Of a stretch of DNA of 32,999 nt, positions 25,262 to 32,997 are shown in pieces. The number at the start of each line of letters is the position of its first letter. The stretch's first letter is position 1. The notes beneath the pieces are model-generated. The model did not search any database. It saw only the letters and a list, made by a program, of their open reading frames with translations, and had not been told where the DNA came from. Where the stretch lies: positions 1 through 32,999 of IMG/VR virus record IMGVR_UViG_3300020045_008068; one strand, written 5' to 3'. This DNA comes from a virus (Duplodnaviria; Caudoviricetes). Position numbers and translations under genes: made by a program.

Positions 25262-25813
25262 ATGACCCACAAGGAATTGGTAGCAAGGGTGTCTAAGTGG
25301 TTAAGGAACACAAAAAGATGCCCTGTTGTTTTTCAAGACCTATACACCTATGCTGGTGAACGACCAGATGTAATCGGATTTTTCTCAGACGGGACAAGCC
25401 TCCTGATCGAGTGTAAAATTTCTCGTTCCGATTTTATTTCGGATATTAAAAAGCCACATCGCGCTTTTGATGAAAACGGAATGGGCGATACCCGATATTA
25501 TGCCACGCCTCATGGCGTACTGCGCTCAGAAGAGGAGATTCCAAATGGATGGGGTTTAATAATCGTCAGAGAATATTCTATAACCATCACCAAACATCCC
25601 ACGCAACGAGAAAGCGTAAATAAGCGAAGCGAGGTTTTAATGCTTTCGTCCGCTATCCGTAGGTTACAATTATCGACCGCCGTGTTCATAAGGCAGGATG
25701 AAGAAGATTTGCAAAATCAAATTCCAATAGAAAAAAGAGCATCAAAAAATTGGACAAGCACATCCGGGGAATCCTTGGATGATGAGATGCTTGATAGTTG
25801 TGGAAAATTCTAA
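25262..25813 (+). CDS. PD-(D/E)XK nuclease, MmcB-like
   Basis: Motifs GERPDVIGF, IECKISRSDF..D..K and GMGD.RYY. Confidence 0.7.
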   Translation: MTHKELVARVSKWLRNTKRCPVVFQDLYTYAGERPDVIGFFSDGTSLLIECKISRSDFISDIKKPHRAFDENGMGDTRYYATPHGVLRSEEEIPNGWGLIIVREYSITITKHPTQRESVNKRSEVLMLSSAIRRLQLSTAVFIRQDEEDLQNQIPIEKRASKNWTSTSGESLDDEMLDSCGKF

Positions 25814-25833
25814 CCCAGAAACGGAGAAATCTA

Positions 25834-26124
25834 ATGCCCTCACTGACCACCATCCCACCCAATTTCCGCTACTACATTTCCAAGCTCCCCATTATCGAAT
25901 TGGCGGATAAATTCCACGTCTCGACTCCAACAATTCATTCCTGGGTAAAACGAAAAAATCTGGATGCGAAGATCCCCCGGAAAAACGGAGTCGATAAAAT
26001 CATGGTGAGGGAATTGTTGGGGGAAGGGAGAAGGGTAATGGAGGTCGCTGGAATGGCGGGGTGTTCGAGAAGGAGTGTTGAGTTGGTAAAGAGGGGGATA
26101 AGAAATGATAAACGAGTCCGATAA
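25834..26124 (+). CDS. Helix-turn-helix DNA-binding protein
   Basis: Two HTH-like segments, ELADKFHVSTPTIHSW and EVAGMAGCSRRSV. Confidence 0.65.
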   Translation: MPSLTTIPPNFRYYISKLPIIELADKFHVSTPTIHSWVKRKNLDAKIPRKNGVDKIMVRELLGEGRRVMEVAGMAGCSRRSVELVKRGIRNDKRVR

Positions 26125-26302
26125 TAGATTGATTTATTATGCACTTGGCTATTGGGCAAATTGGATCGAAACAGGAAATATTACGATGTCGGCTGCGGAT
26201 GCGATTAATTGCGGAGAGAGAAATAAGTTGCAATCATTGACTCTCGAACAACAGAAATTTGTAACAAGGTTGAGAGATTTAGCAGCTAAGCAGATCTTTT
26301 AG
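26105..26302 (+). CDS. Hypothetical protein
   Basis: 65 aa in a packed operon. Confidence 0.5.
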   Translation: MINESDNRLIYYALGYWANWIETGNITMSAADAINCGERNKLQSLTLEQQKFVTRLRDLAAKQIF

Positions 26303-26312
26303 GGAGTGGTAA

Positions 26313-26600
26313 ATGGGAAAATTCGATAATACCGAAATCCAGCGTGAGTGTAAAACCGCATCGTTCAAGATTACAAAAATCCGGAATGGACTATCTGAAA
26401 TAATGATTGGTCGAAAGGCGAAAATCACTTCCAACTACAACGGGCAATCGTGCGGTGGAAGATCCAAACCATCATTAAAAGGAAAGGTGATTACGATCAA
26501 GGATGTTTTTATAGGATCGGATAGCTGTCAAATTTGGGATGGTGACATCAACCATTGTTTTATCCCGGTCGAGGAAGTTGAGTTTATCGACGCTGAGTGA
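26313..26600 (+). CDS. Hypothetical protein
   Basis: GGGAG RBS. 95 aa. Confidence 0.55.
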   Translation: MGKFDNTEIQRECKTASFKITKIRNGLSEIMIGRKAKITSNYNGQSCGGRSKPSLKGKVITIKDVFIGSDSCQIWDGDINHCFIPVEEVEFIDAE

Positions 26601-26726
26601 TTGTCCAAATTGGGGTGGATTTCTACGGAGAATTACCTGTGAGCGATTTTTACCCCTTTGTGCGATACACAGGAGCCATAAATCAACCTGAGTCGATTTT
26701 GGAAGAAAAATGAAAAGCCATAAACC

Positions 26727-26984
26727 ATGAAACGATCCGACATATCAACCCTGACGGTCTTGTCTGCCGCGTTCATGTCTCATTCCATTAAGCAATGGAT
26801 GACGTGGGAATATATTTTCCGCGCAATGAGTTATCCTCCAAAAATAATTTATGCAGCAATCCAAAGGGAGGTTGATCGGGGATATCTTGATTACGGTGTT
26901 TCGTTAAGGACGGCATTTTTGACAGAAAAGGGAATCGAAAAATTAAACGGATTACTGAAAGAATATGAATATGAAAGGCCATAG
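26727..26984 (+). CDS. Hypothetical protein, winged-helix-like
   Basis: RGYLDYGVSLRTAFLTEKG wing-like ending. Confidence 0.55.
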   Translation: MKRSDISTLTVLSAAFMSHSIKQWMTWEYIFRAMSYPPKIIYAAIQREVDRGYLDYGVSLRTAFLTEKGIEKLNGLLKEYEYERP

Positions 26985-26987
26985 ACC

Positions 26988-28601
26988 ATGATTCCAATCT
27001 ACTCGCCGGAGGAAGCCAAGAGTCGGTTATCAAAATTCCGAGACTCAAGGTTTCGCCTCCATCAACAAGAGACAATCGAATTCGTAATGTCATCCGATAA
27101 AAAGTTCCGGGTAGTCGCAATGCCAACCGGAGGTGGAAAGTCATTAATCGGCATGACTTGCGGCGTGATGGCTGGGCAAGCGAACTATCTCTGTTCCACA
27201 AAGATCCTCCAAACTCAGCTTGTTCAAGATTTCTCCGAGGCAAGATCCCTCTGGGGTAGAGGTAACTATGAGTGTTTATTAGATAAATCAAAGTTCTGTG
27301 ACCAATGTGCCTCAACCGAATCCAATCCATGTCAATATTCAGATTTATGCATCTATCGAGTAGAAAAACAAAAGGCAATTCAATCGTCATTACGCATACT
27401 CAACTATTCCTACTTTCTTGTTGAGACGCAATTTAGCGGTAGGTTTTCTGGCACACCTTTAACCATTATTGATGAAGTTGACGCTCTCGAATCAACGTTA
27501 ATCGGCCACATTGCCCTATCCTTTACTGAGCGATCACTATTCCGCCTTGGTATGGAATCCGGCCCAACACGCAAAACAGTTACAGCCAAGGATGGCCTTG
27601 ATAGTTGGCAAGAATTTGGCACGGAGGCGATGAGGCGATCATTGGCAATTTCAGAAACCATCTCAAAAGAAATTGATTCGTTCGACAAGATTACAGAGGA
27701 TTGGCAGTTCCAGAAACTTCGGGAACGTGACCATTACTACCACCTATTCGAGCGATCCCAAATGTTCATCAATAACGTAGACCGGGACTGGATTATGGAA
27801 TATCAGGAACGATCCGGATCACGGCAAGCGGTTACGACATTTCGCCCATTATGGATTACGAATGAGTTGGCTGAATCATTTCTGTGGTCAAAGTCCAGCA
27901 ATTTTTTATTGATGAGTGCGACATTGCTTCCCAAGCCTGTGTTCTGCAAAACCCTTGGTCTTGACCCTGATGAAGTTGATTGGATGTCCGTACCGTCCAC
28001 CTTCCCAATCGAGCGGAGACCAATCAATATTTGGCCGGTTGCAAACGTTACCAACAAAACCCTTGATGATGCCGTACCGAAACTAGCTTCCGGAATAAAA
28101 CATATTTTCTCCCTTCATCCAAATTCTCATGGGCTGATCCAGGGGGTTTCGTATTCCCTTTGTAAACGTGTGGCCGATGAACTCCAATCCGACCGTATAA
28201 AAATTCACACCCCCCAAGATCGTCAGGCTGTGTTAGATGAATTCATGGGAACCAAAGACAATACCGTACTTATGTCTCCATCGATGGAGCGTGGAGTGTC
28301 GCTGGAAGGCTCAAAATGTGAATTTGTAATTTGGCTCAAGGCTCCATATTTAAGTTTGATGGATCGTGTGGTTAGTCAACGATTGTACTCAGGGAATATC
28401 GGTAAACTCTGGTACAGATCCGCGATGATGTTATCTGTTGTTCAAGGCTGTGGTCGCGGCATGAGAAGCAAGGACGATTTCTGTGTCTGTTATTTGATTG
28501 ACCACCAGATCAACAAAGTTTACATGGAAAACCCATCTCTGTGGCCGGATTGGTTCAGGGATGCGATTACATGGAGCGATTCACCATTCATGGAGGATTA
28601 A
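26988..28601 (+). CDS. DinG/XPD-family SF2 helicase
   Basis: Q-motif RLHQ, Walker A PTGGGKS, GRGNYEC followed by a Cys cluster, LNYSY, DEVD, MSATL and QGCGRGMRSKDD. Confidence 0.9.
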   Translation: MIPIYSPEEAKSRLSKFRDSRFRLHQQETIEFVMSSDKKFRVVAMPTGGGKSLIGMTCGVMAGQANYLCSTKILQTQLVQDFSEARSLWGRGNYECLLDKSKFCDQCASTESNPCQYSDLCIYRVEKQKAIQSSLRILNYSYFLVETQFSGRFSGTPLTIIDEVDALESTLIGHIALSFTERSLFRLGMESGPTRKTVTAKDGLDSWQEFGTEAMRRSLAISETISKEIDSFDKITEDWQFQKLRERDHYYHLFERSQMFINNVDRDWIMEYQERSGSRQAVTTFRPLWITNELAESFLWSKSSNFLLMSATLLPKPVFCKTLGLDPDEVDWMSVPSTFPIERRPINIWPVANVTNKTLDDAVPKLASGIKHIFSLHPNSHGLIQGVSYSLCKRVADELQSDRIKIHTPQDRQAVLDEFMGTKDNTVLMSPSMERGVSLEGSKCEFVIWLKAPYLSLMDRVVSQRLYSGNIGKLWYRSAMMLSVVQGCGRGMRSKDDFCVCYLIDHQINKVYMENPSLWPDWFRDAITWSDSPFMED

Positions 28602-28602
28602 C

Positions 28603-28824
28603 ATGCTCAACCCCGACTCAATAATAACTTTTGGAATGTATCGCGGACTTCCATTATCCAATCCATCCATCCCGCTCAATTATATCAAATGGATTGCGAA
28701 ACGAGGCTCATACCAAGAACCCAGAAATAAACACGGAGACGCGAGTTGGAAGGTACCAATCGATTTAATGGTATTAGCCCGAAGAGAATGGGAACGCAGA
28801 ACAGGTCAGAGATGGGAGGGGTAG
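28603..28824 (+). CDS. Small protein, DUF3820/ExoX C-terminal-like
   Basis: ATG after GGAGG. FGMYRG.PLS...P..YIKW motif. Confidence 0.6.
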   Translation: MLNPDSIITFGMYRGLPLSNPSIPLNYIKWIAKRGSYQEPRNKHGDASWKVPIDLMVLARREWERRTGQRWEG

Positions 28825-28836
28825 CGGAGACATTGA

Positions 28837-28944
28837 GGGTTATGCACGGGGTGCCACGGGCGGCACTTCGCGCGGCGGGACGCGCAGCACAGTCCCGTAG
28901 CCGCGCTTGTCTTTTGCCGTCCCGAACCGCCTTGTGTGTAACCC
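28837..28944 (+). ncRNA. GC-rich 108-nt rod-shaped structured element
   Basis: Four nested stems. The outer 15-bp stem has four G-U pairs on the + strand. Confidence 0.55.
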
Positions 28945-28989
28945 GGAACTCGATTTAAAATATTATCTAAAATTGTAGGAAGATTTTTC

Positions 28990-29018
28990 TTGACAATATA
29001 ATAAAGTTGATTTAATCT
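28990..29018 (+). promoter_or_regulatory. Sigma70-like promoter P5
   Basis: TTGACA-17 bp-TAATCT. Confidence 0.75.
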
Positions 29019-29080
29019 ACACCCAACTTAACAGGCTGGTCACATTTCCACGGCAACCCAGGCCGATAACTGGGAGGTCT

Positions 29081-29105
29081 GAGGCAGGCGGTGCCTCTAA
29101 TTTTT
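29081..29105 (+). terminator. Terminator-like hairpin in the P5 leader
   Basis: GAGGCA-GGCGG-TGCCTC followed by TAATTTTT. Confidence 0.4.
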
Positions 29106-29185
29106 GGAGTGGCGGTGGGGCGCGAAATTAAATTGTTGCCCGACAATTTTCACCCCACGCGCCACCATTTTTACAGGAGCTATAA

Positions 29186-29395
29186 ATGAAAAAAGTTCAA
29201 CCCAATCCAACCCCACTTTCCATGACCAAACGTGGTCGCCCGGAGATTGTTGACCGGACGAAACTTAAAACCCGTACCATGACGATTTGCCTGACTCCGG
29301 ATTTGCACAAAAAACTCGCCAAACTTGCCACCAAGCACAATCAGAAACCGGCAGCGATGGCGAGGATATTGATTGAGTCCGGGGTCACGGTTTAG
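29186..29395 (+). CDS. Ribbon-helix-helix (Arc/CopG-like) DNA-binding protein
   Basis: KRGRP, then TMTICLTPDLHKKL...AAMARILIE. AGGAG RBS. Confidence 0.7.
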   Translation: MKKVQPNPTPLSMTKRGRPEIVDRTKLKTRTMTICLTPDLHKKLAKLATKHNQKPAAMARILIESGVTV

Positions 29396-29414
29396 AAATT
29401 TTACGGAGCACGGT

Positions 29415-29765
29415 ATGGACTATCTCATGTCCAAACAATTAGCAGACGGGGTATGCGAGAAATGTTTTTCCTTCGGCGGTATATGTGAGCGTACCGACCC
29501 GGCGTTCCCGAAATCCACCAAACCAATCCCATACCCTGTCTGCTTATCCACCCTCCATCCGTCAGTCGGTTATTGTACCCATGCTCCAACAAAAATTTCA
29601 GCAGCATCTCAGAAATCCCGGCCCACAGCTCCAAAATCCAAATCCACGAAATCTAAAAAGGTAATCGTCTATCTCGGATCTCGCAAGGTCGAGCAGGCTC
29701 ATTTCAACGACTATCTCAAACAACTCAAACAGGAAAAGAAAGGGAGGAATTTATCAAATGGGTGA
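29415..29765 (+). CDS. Hypothetical Cys- and Lys-rich protein
   Basis: ATG at 29415 after GGAG. Contains CEKC...C. Confidence 0.55.
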   Translation: MDYLMSKQLADGVCEKCFSFGGICERTDPAFPKSTKPIPYPVCLSTLHPSVGYCTHAPTKISAASQKSRPTAPKSKSTKSKKVIVYLGSRKVEQAHFNDYLKQLKQEKKGRNLSNG

Positions 29766-30006
29766 GGCAATCAGGGTGGAAAAGTTCGGACAGCAAGCAA
29801 GAGTAAATCGACAGGAACCCCAGCCTCAGCAAATCCAGATCGATCTCAAAAACGCGATCCCCAAAACCTGCAAATGCGGATGCGATCTTTTTACCCAGGC
29901 AATCAAATTATTCACAGTATCGGCCCTCGTATCTCCAACCGGCCAGGAATTATTGGCCCAAAAACCCGTTTTAGTATGCAAGTCCTGCGGGGAAGTTTTA
30001 TCATGA
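29758..30006 (+). CDS. Small zinc-binding protein
   Basis: CKCG...VSALVSPTGQE...CKSCG. GGGAGG RBS. Confidence 0.65.
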   Translation: MGEAIRVEKFGQQARVNRQEPQPQQIQIDLKNAIPKTCKCGCDLFTQAIKLFTVSALVSPTGQELLAQKPVLVCKSCGEVLS

Positions 30007-30194
30007 TAACCTACTTCATCCCTCTCGGACTATTAACCCGGCCACTGATCCAGCAACAATCCACATTTCCAAATCATTTTAATCTCCCCAAACCAACCCG
30101 CGCAGAATCCGAGGCAACATTTCATTTATTGGGCTGTGAATGCCCTAAGTGCAACCAATCGTGCAATCCGGTATGGAGGCCACAGCCAAAGTGA
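30003..30194 (+). CDS. Hypothetical protein
   Basis: ATGA overlap. Contains CECPKC. Confidence 0.45.
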   Translation: MITYFIPLGLLTRPLIQQQSTFPNHFNLPKPTRAESEATFHLLGCECPKCNQSCNPVWRPQPK

Positions 30195-30409
30195 TCAATC
30201 CTATCCAATTTATTCTTGCATGGTTCGGGTACGTTAAGATTCCCATTGAGGTGGTCCAGATTAGTATGGCCCAAGAAAGAGCTTTTCAGATAATTATTGA
30301 TAAGTTTGAATCAAACGGACACAAATTAATTGGCTACAGGAAGGCTCTGGAAGCGCAAAAATCCATGACAGCATTTCTTAGAAGCGGGAGATTGATATCA
30401 ACTACCTAA
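30191..30409 (+). CDS. Hypothetical protein
   Basis: GTGA overlap with the previous stop. The start is uncertain. Confidence 0.5.
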   Translation: MINPIQFILAWFGYVKIPIEVVQISMAQERAFQIIIDKFESNGHKLIGYRKALEAQKSMTAFLRSGRLISTT

Positions 30410-30452
30410 CCCAACCCAATCCATTTCAACTTTCACCACCTGGAGGTTTATC

Positions 30453-30839
30453 ATGGATCTAAAATGTTCTTACCCAGACTGCAATTCCACCTTCCATTTT
30501 TCGGGCCGAGGCCGCGTACCTCATTATTGCATCCCTCACCGTGTCCAAATCAACCGGGAGAAGGCCGCAGGGTGGCACAGGGCGCATTATAAACTCTGTC
30601 GCGACCGATTAGCCGCCTCCAACCTTCCAATCGATCCCGAAGCCACAATCCGCCCGTTAAAGTCTCATTTATTTCTCGGCCCAGGATTGTTCGAGTCCAC
30701 TGAAACGCTCTTTAATCACGCTTTATTCGTTAAAGCCCGATCCCTCAACCAACCAATCGATTATGTACGCACCCAATGGATCAACGGTCAGGCAGGCCGG
30801 GAATTCCTGCGCTCATTCATGAACCCGGCTCACTGTTAA
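30453..30839 (+). CDS. Hypothetical protein with an N-terminal Zn-finger-like motif
   Basis: GGAGG RBS. CSYPDC...YCIPH. Confidence 0.6.
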   Translation: MDLKCSYPDCNSTFHFSGRGRVPHYCIPHRVQINREKAAGWHRAHYKLCRDRLAASNLPIDPEATIRPLKSHLFLGPGLFESTETLFNHALFVKARSLNQPIDYVRTQWINGQAGREFLRSFMNPAHC

Positions 30840-30885
30840 TTATTATTTTAAACATCAGCCCTATCCCATAGACTATGGAGCAATC

Positions 30886-31140
30886 ATGAAAGACAAATAC
30901 ATCCGCCACTCAATCCACGGGTTTATCCTCTGGCAGGGTGATATCAATTCCCCCACGCACAAATTCATGTCCGACTATATTATCAAGAAATTCGGAGGCC
31001 ACACAATTTCAGCAGGATTTGTGTACTGGGACAATGGCACTCCCTCATGCTGCGGGTTCAGTCAATCGCTCAACAAAGAATCACACCGAGACGATACGAA
31101 ATTATTGTGCGAGAGGTATGGGATTAAAAATGAGAATTAA
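30886..31140 (+). CDS. Hypothetical phage protein
   Basis: GGAG RBS. KYIR...H...ISAGFV...C.G.S.SL...DD pattern. Confidence 0.6.
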   Translation: MKDKYIRHSIHGFILWQGDINSPTHKFMSDYIIKKFGGHTISAGFVYWDNGTPSCCGFSQSLNKESHRDDTKLLCERYGIKNEN

Positions 31141-31155
31141 AAAATAAAATTTTAA

Positions 31156-31258
31156 AATTTTACGACCAGCGGTATGGGGATTTTTATTCACCCCGGTATG
31201 TCAGATTTTTACGGAGGACGGTATGGAGGGAGATCGAATTTTTACGGGACATGGTATG
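31156..31258 (+). repeat. Four direct copies of AWTTTTA-N8-GGTATG
   Basis: Copies start at 31156, 31180, 31205 and 31238. Confidence 0.85.
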
Positions 31259-31355
31259 TCAAAAAATTGACTCAATATCCCAAACGAGATGGATAGAAAA
31301 TATCCAACGTAAAAACCTATGAAGGAAAAATCATACGTTCGGAAATCGCACGACA

Positions 31356-31387
31356 TGAAACTTGAAATCTGAAATCTGAAATTTCAG
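31356..31387. repeat. Tandem 7-mer TGAAAYY x4 ending in the palindrome CTGAAATTTCAG
   Basis: Reads TGAAACT TGAAATC TGAAATC TGAAATT TCAG. Confidence 0.7.
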
Positions 31388-31578
31388 GCGTTTCGGATTA
31401 CGAAACTATTCCAAACGGTCCAGGATTGTCCACGTTCAATTTTCTATTACATTAATCACCGGACCATTAATCATAACATAATAATTCAACCACGGGCAAA
31501 CTTGAGAGGAATTAAGGTGGTTTTATAAAGTAGATTAAATTGGAATTTCGGCCTGGATTTTTAGGGAATTTTGGCAAT

Positions 31579-31610
31579 AAAAAACGGGGACCGTTATCTG
31601 ATCCCCGTTT
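31579..31610 (-). terminator. Rho-independent terminator of the minus-strand operon
   Basis: Stem AAACGGGGA/TCCCCGTTT with a T6 tract on the minus strand. Confidence 0.75.
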
Positions 31611-31633
31611 CAATCCCCCTTTCCCCCTCTCGA

Positions 31634-31708
31634 TTATTTCACCTTATACTCCCCACCATCCCCCAATTTCAGGAGGAGGCATATCACGATTAATAAAACT
31701 AATTCCAT
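31634..31708 (-). CDS. Small hydrophobic peptide (24 aa)
   Basis: Translates as MELVLLIVICLLLKLGDGGEYKVK after AGGAGGAGG. Confidence 0.5.
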   Translation of the reverse strand: MELVLLIVICLLLKLGDGGEYKVK

Positions 31709-31717
31709 GGCCTCCTC

Positions 31718-31948
31718 CTATCCCATCAATGCCGATTTCATTTCGATCATACTCGTGTTTTTGAGTAAACAATTTTCAATCCACGACAAGTCTGGATTGT
31801 ATTGAGTTTCTGCAATAATTGCATCGGTCCCATGATCTTCCAATCGGTCCAAGCAATCAACCGCGCGGCCATAGAACCGATGCTTGTGTCCGCATGTTCC
31901 CTCTGGATGCAAAACGATATATTTTGTTGAGCCTTTGAAGTTTTTCAT
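31718..31948 (-). CDS. Hypothetical protein
   Basis: AGAAAGGGGG RBS. ATGA overlap. Confidence 0.6.
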   Translation of the reverse strand: MKNFKGSTKYIVLHPEGTCGHKHRFYGRAVDCLDRLEDHGTDAIIAETQYNPDLSWIENCLLKNTSMIEMKSALMG

Positions 31949-32163
31949 CGGATATCATTCCCCCTTTCTAATCGATTGGACGGCCATACGCTTTCATGAT
32001 GATCCACCCTGATTGTTACCCATACATATTCACAGTTATTGATATTTTCATGCTTTACGGTACTCACGTTGGTAACAATCCCTTCTCCGGGCGGATTCCC
32101 CATATCTTCCGGGAATTTTACCTTATCCCCGGATTTCAATTTCAACGCATTTCGGATATCCAT
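31945..32163 (-). CDS. Hypothetical protein, small beta-barrel-like
   Basis: AGAAAGGGG RBS. LKSGDKVKF...G.V...VWPSNRL. Confidence 0.6.
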   Translation of the reverse strand: MDIRNALKLKSGDKVKFPEDMGNPPGEGIVTNVSTVKHENINNCEYVWVTIRVDHHESVWPSNRLERGNDIR

Positions 32164-32220
32164 TTTATTTTCCCCTTTCTATTTCAATAGTTAAGTCAAT
32201 TTTCCCTGGAAACCCCCCTA

Positions 32221-32724
32221 TTACATCCATCGATGGTTCAACATATATCCGCCGTCCGAATGCCAATGCGTATTGACTTCCCTCTGATTACCGTCTTTAT
32301 CGCTGGTTATTCTTTCATTTTTGTTCGGTGTATAATCCCGGTCCCTATTGCTATGGTCGTTCGATCCACAACCTTCTCCGACACACCCAAACCCTTTCGG
32401 CCACAGTGCCCTCGACAATGCATACACAGCCGCAAATCCCATATCCATGCCGCAGCCGTCCATTTGTATTCCCTCGTGTTTTTGATTGTACCTATACCCC
32501 GTAGCCAATGCCGCAGACCACGAAATCCTAAGCGGAACATTGTCCCGGATGACATATAGATCAATAACTCTCATCATTCCGGATTTACTTACGTGGTCCA
32601 ATTTTGTGTAAACCGTGTAGAAATCCCTGACCTTTTGATAATCATTAATCGGAGGGTTATCGAAATATTTCCTAATTGACGCGGTTGCTTCCAGTTTTCC
32701 TGTTCTGTTTTCTTCATGATTCAA
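32221..32724 (-). CDS. Hypothetical phage protein; start uncertain, possible 1-nt frameshift near the 5' end
   Basis: Long ORF with HVSKSGMMRVI and GCGMDMGF. The best-placed ATG (32717) is out of frame. Confidence 0.7.
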   Translation of the reverse strand: MNHEENRTGKLEATASIRKYFDNPPINDYQKVRDFYTVYTKLDHVSKSGMMRVIDLYVIRDNVPLRISWSAALATGYRYNQKHEGIQMDGCGMDMGFAAVYALSRALWPKGFGCVGEGCGSNDHSNRDRDYTPNKNERITSDKDGNQREVNTHWHSDGGYMLNHRWM

Positions 32725-32757
32725 TTCCCCTTTCTATTTTCTATGGGTTATGGTGAT

Positions 32758-32997
32758 TTATTTCAACAACTTTCCAATCATTTCTTTACTGAATTCAATT
32801 GCTTTATTCCTTGCCTCCGTTTCCGTTAATCCGCTTGACAAGGTAAACGATTTTGATTCATTCCAATCATAAATTCCCTTGTTATATATTTCGACATCAT
32901 ATCCCGGTTCATCCTTATCTGATAACCAGTTTGTAATTCTAATAACAAGGTCACGTTTACGTGTTTCAACTTCTTTAACTTTATTTTTTGGCCATGA
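32758..32997 (-). CDS. Hypothetical protein, 5'-truncated by the window edge
   Basis: Open frame SWPKNKVKEVETRKRDLVIRITNW...EMIGKLLK-stop running off the window. Confidence 0.6.
   Translation of the reverse strand, partial: SWPKNKVKEVETRKRDLVIRITNWLSDKDEPGYDVEIYNKGIYDWNESKSFTLSSGLTETEARNKAIEFSKEMIGKLLK

Noticed and set aside
28837-28944. SRP (4.5S) RNA or 6S RNA
   Set aside because: It lacks the GNRA-capped SRP domain IV motif and is much shorter than 6S RNA.
29036-29100. c-di-GMP-I riboswitch
   Set aside because: GGCAACCC...GGGA resembles P1 only loosely. The GNRA loop and GCAAA junction are missing.
221-30200. The many minus-strand and alternate-frame ORFs in the track (e.g. 2846..3319, 21632..22267, 26788..27390)
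   Set aside because: They overlap well-supported plus-strand genes and show no recognisable motifs, so they are treated as shadow ORFs.
31156-31258. CRISPR array, given the Cas4-like and DinG genes in the window
   Set aside because: Variable parts are only 8 nt inside each unit and 3-12 nt between units. There are no spacer-length sequences and no cas1, cas7 or cas5.
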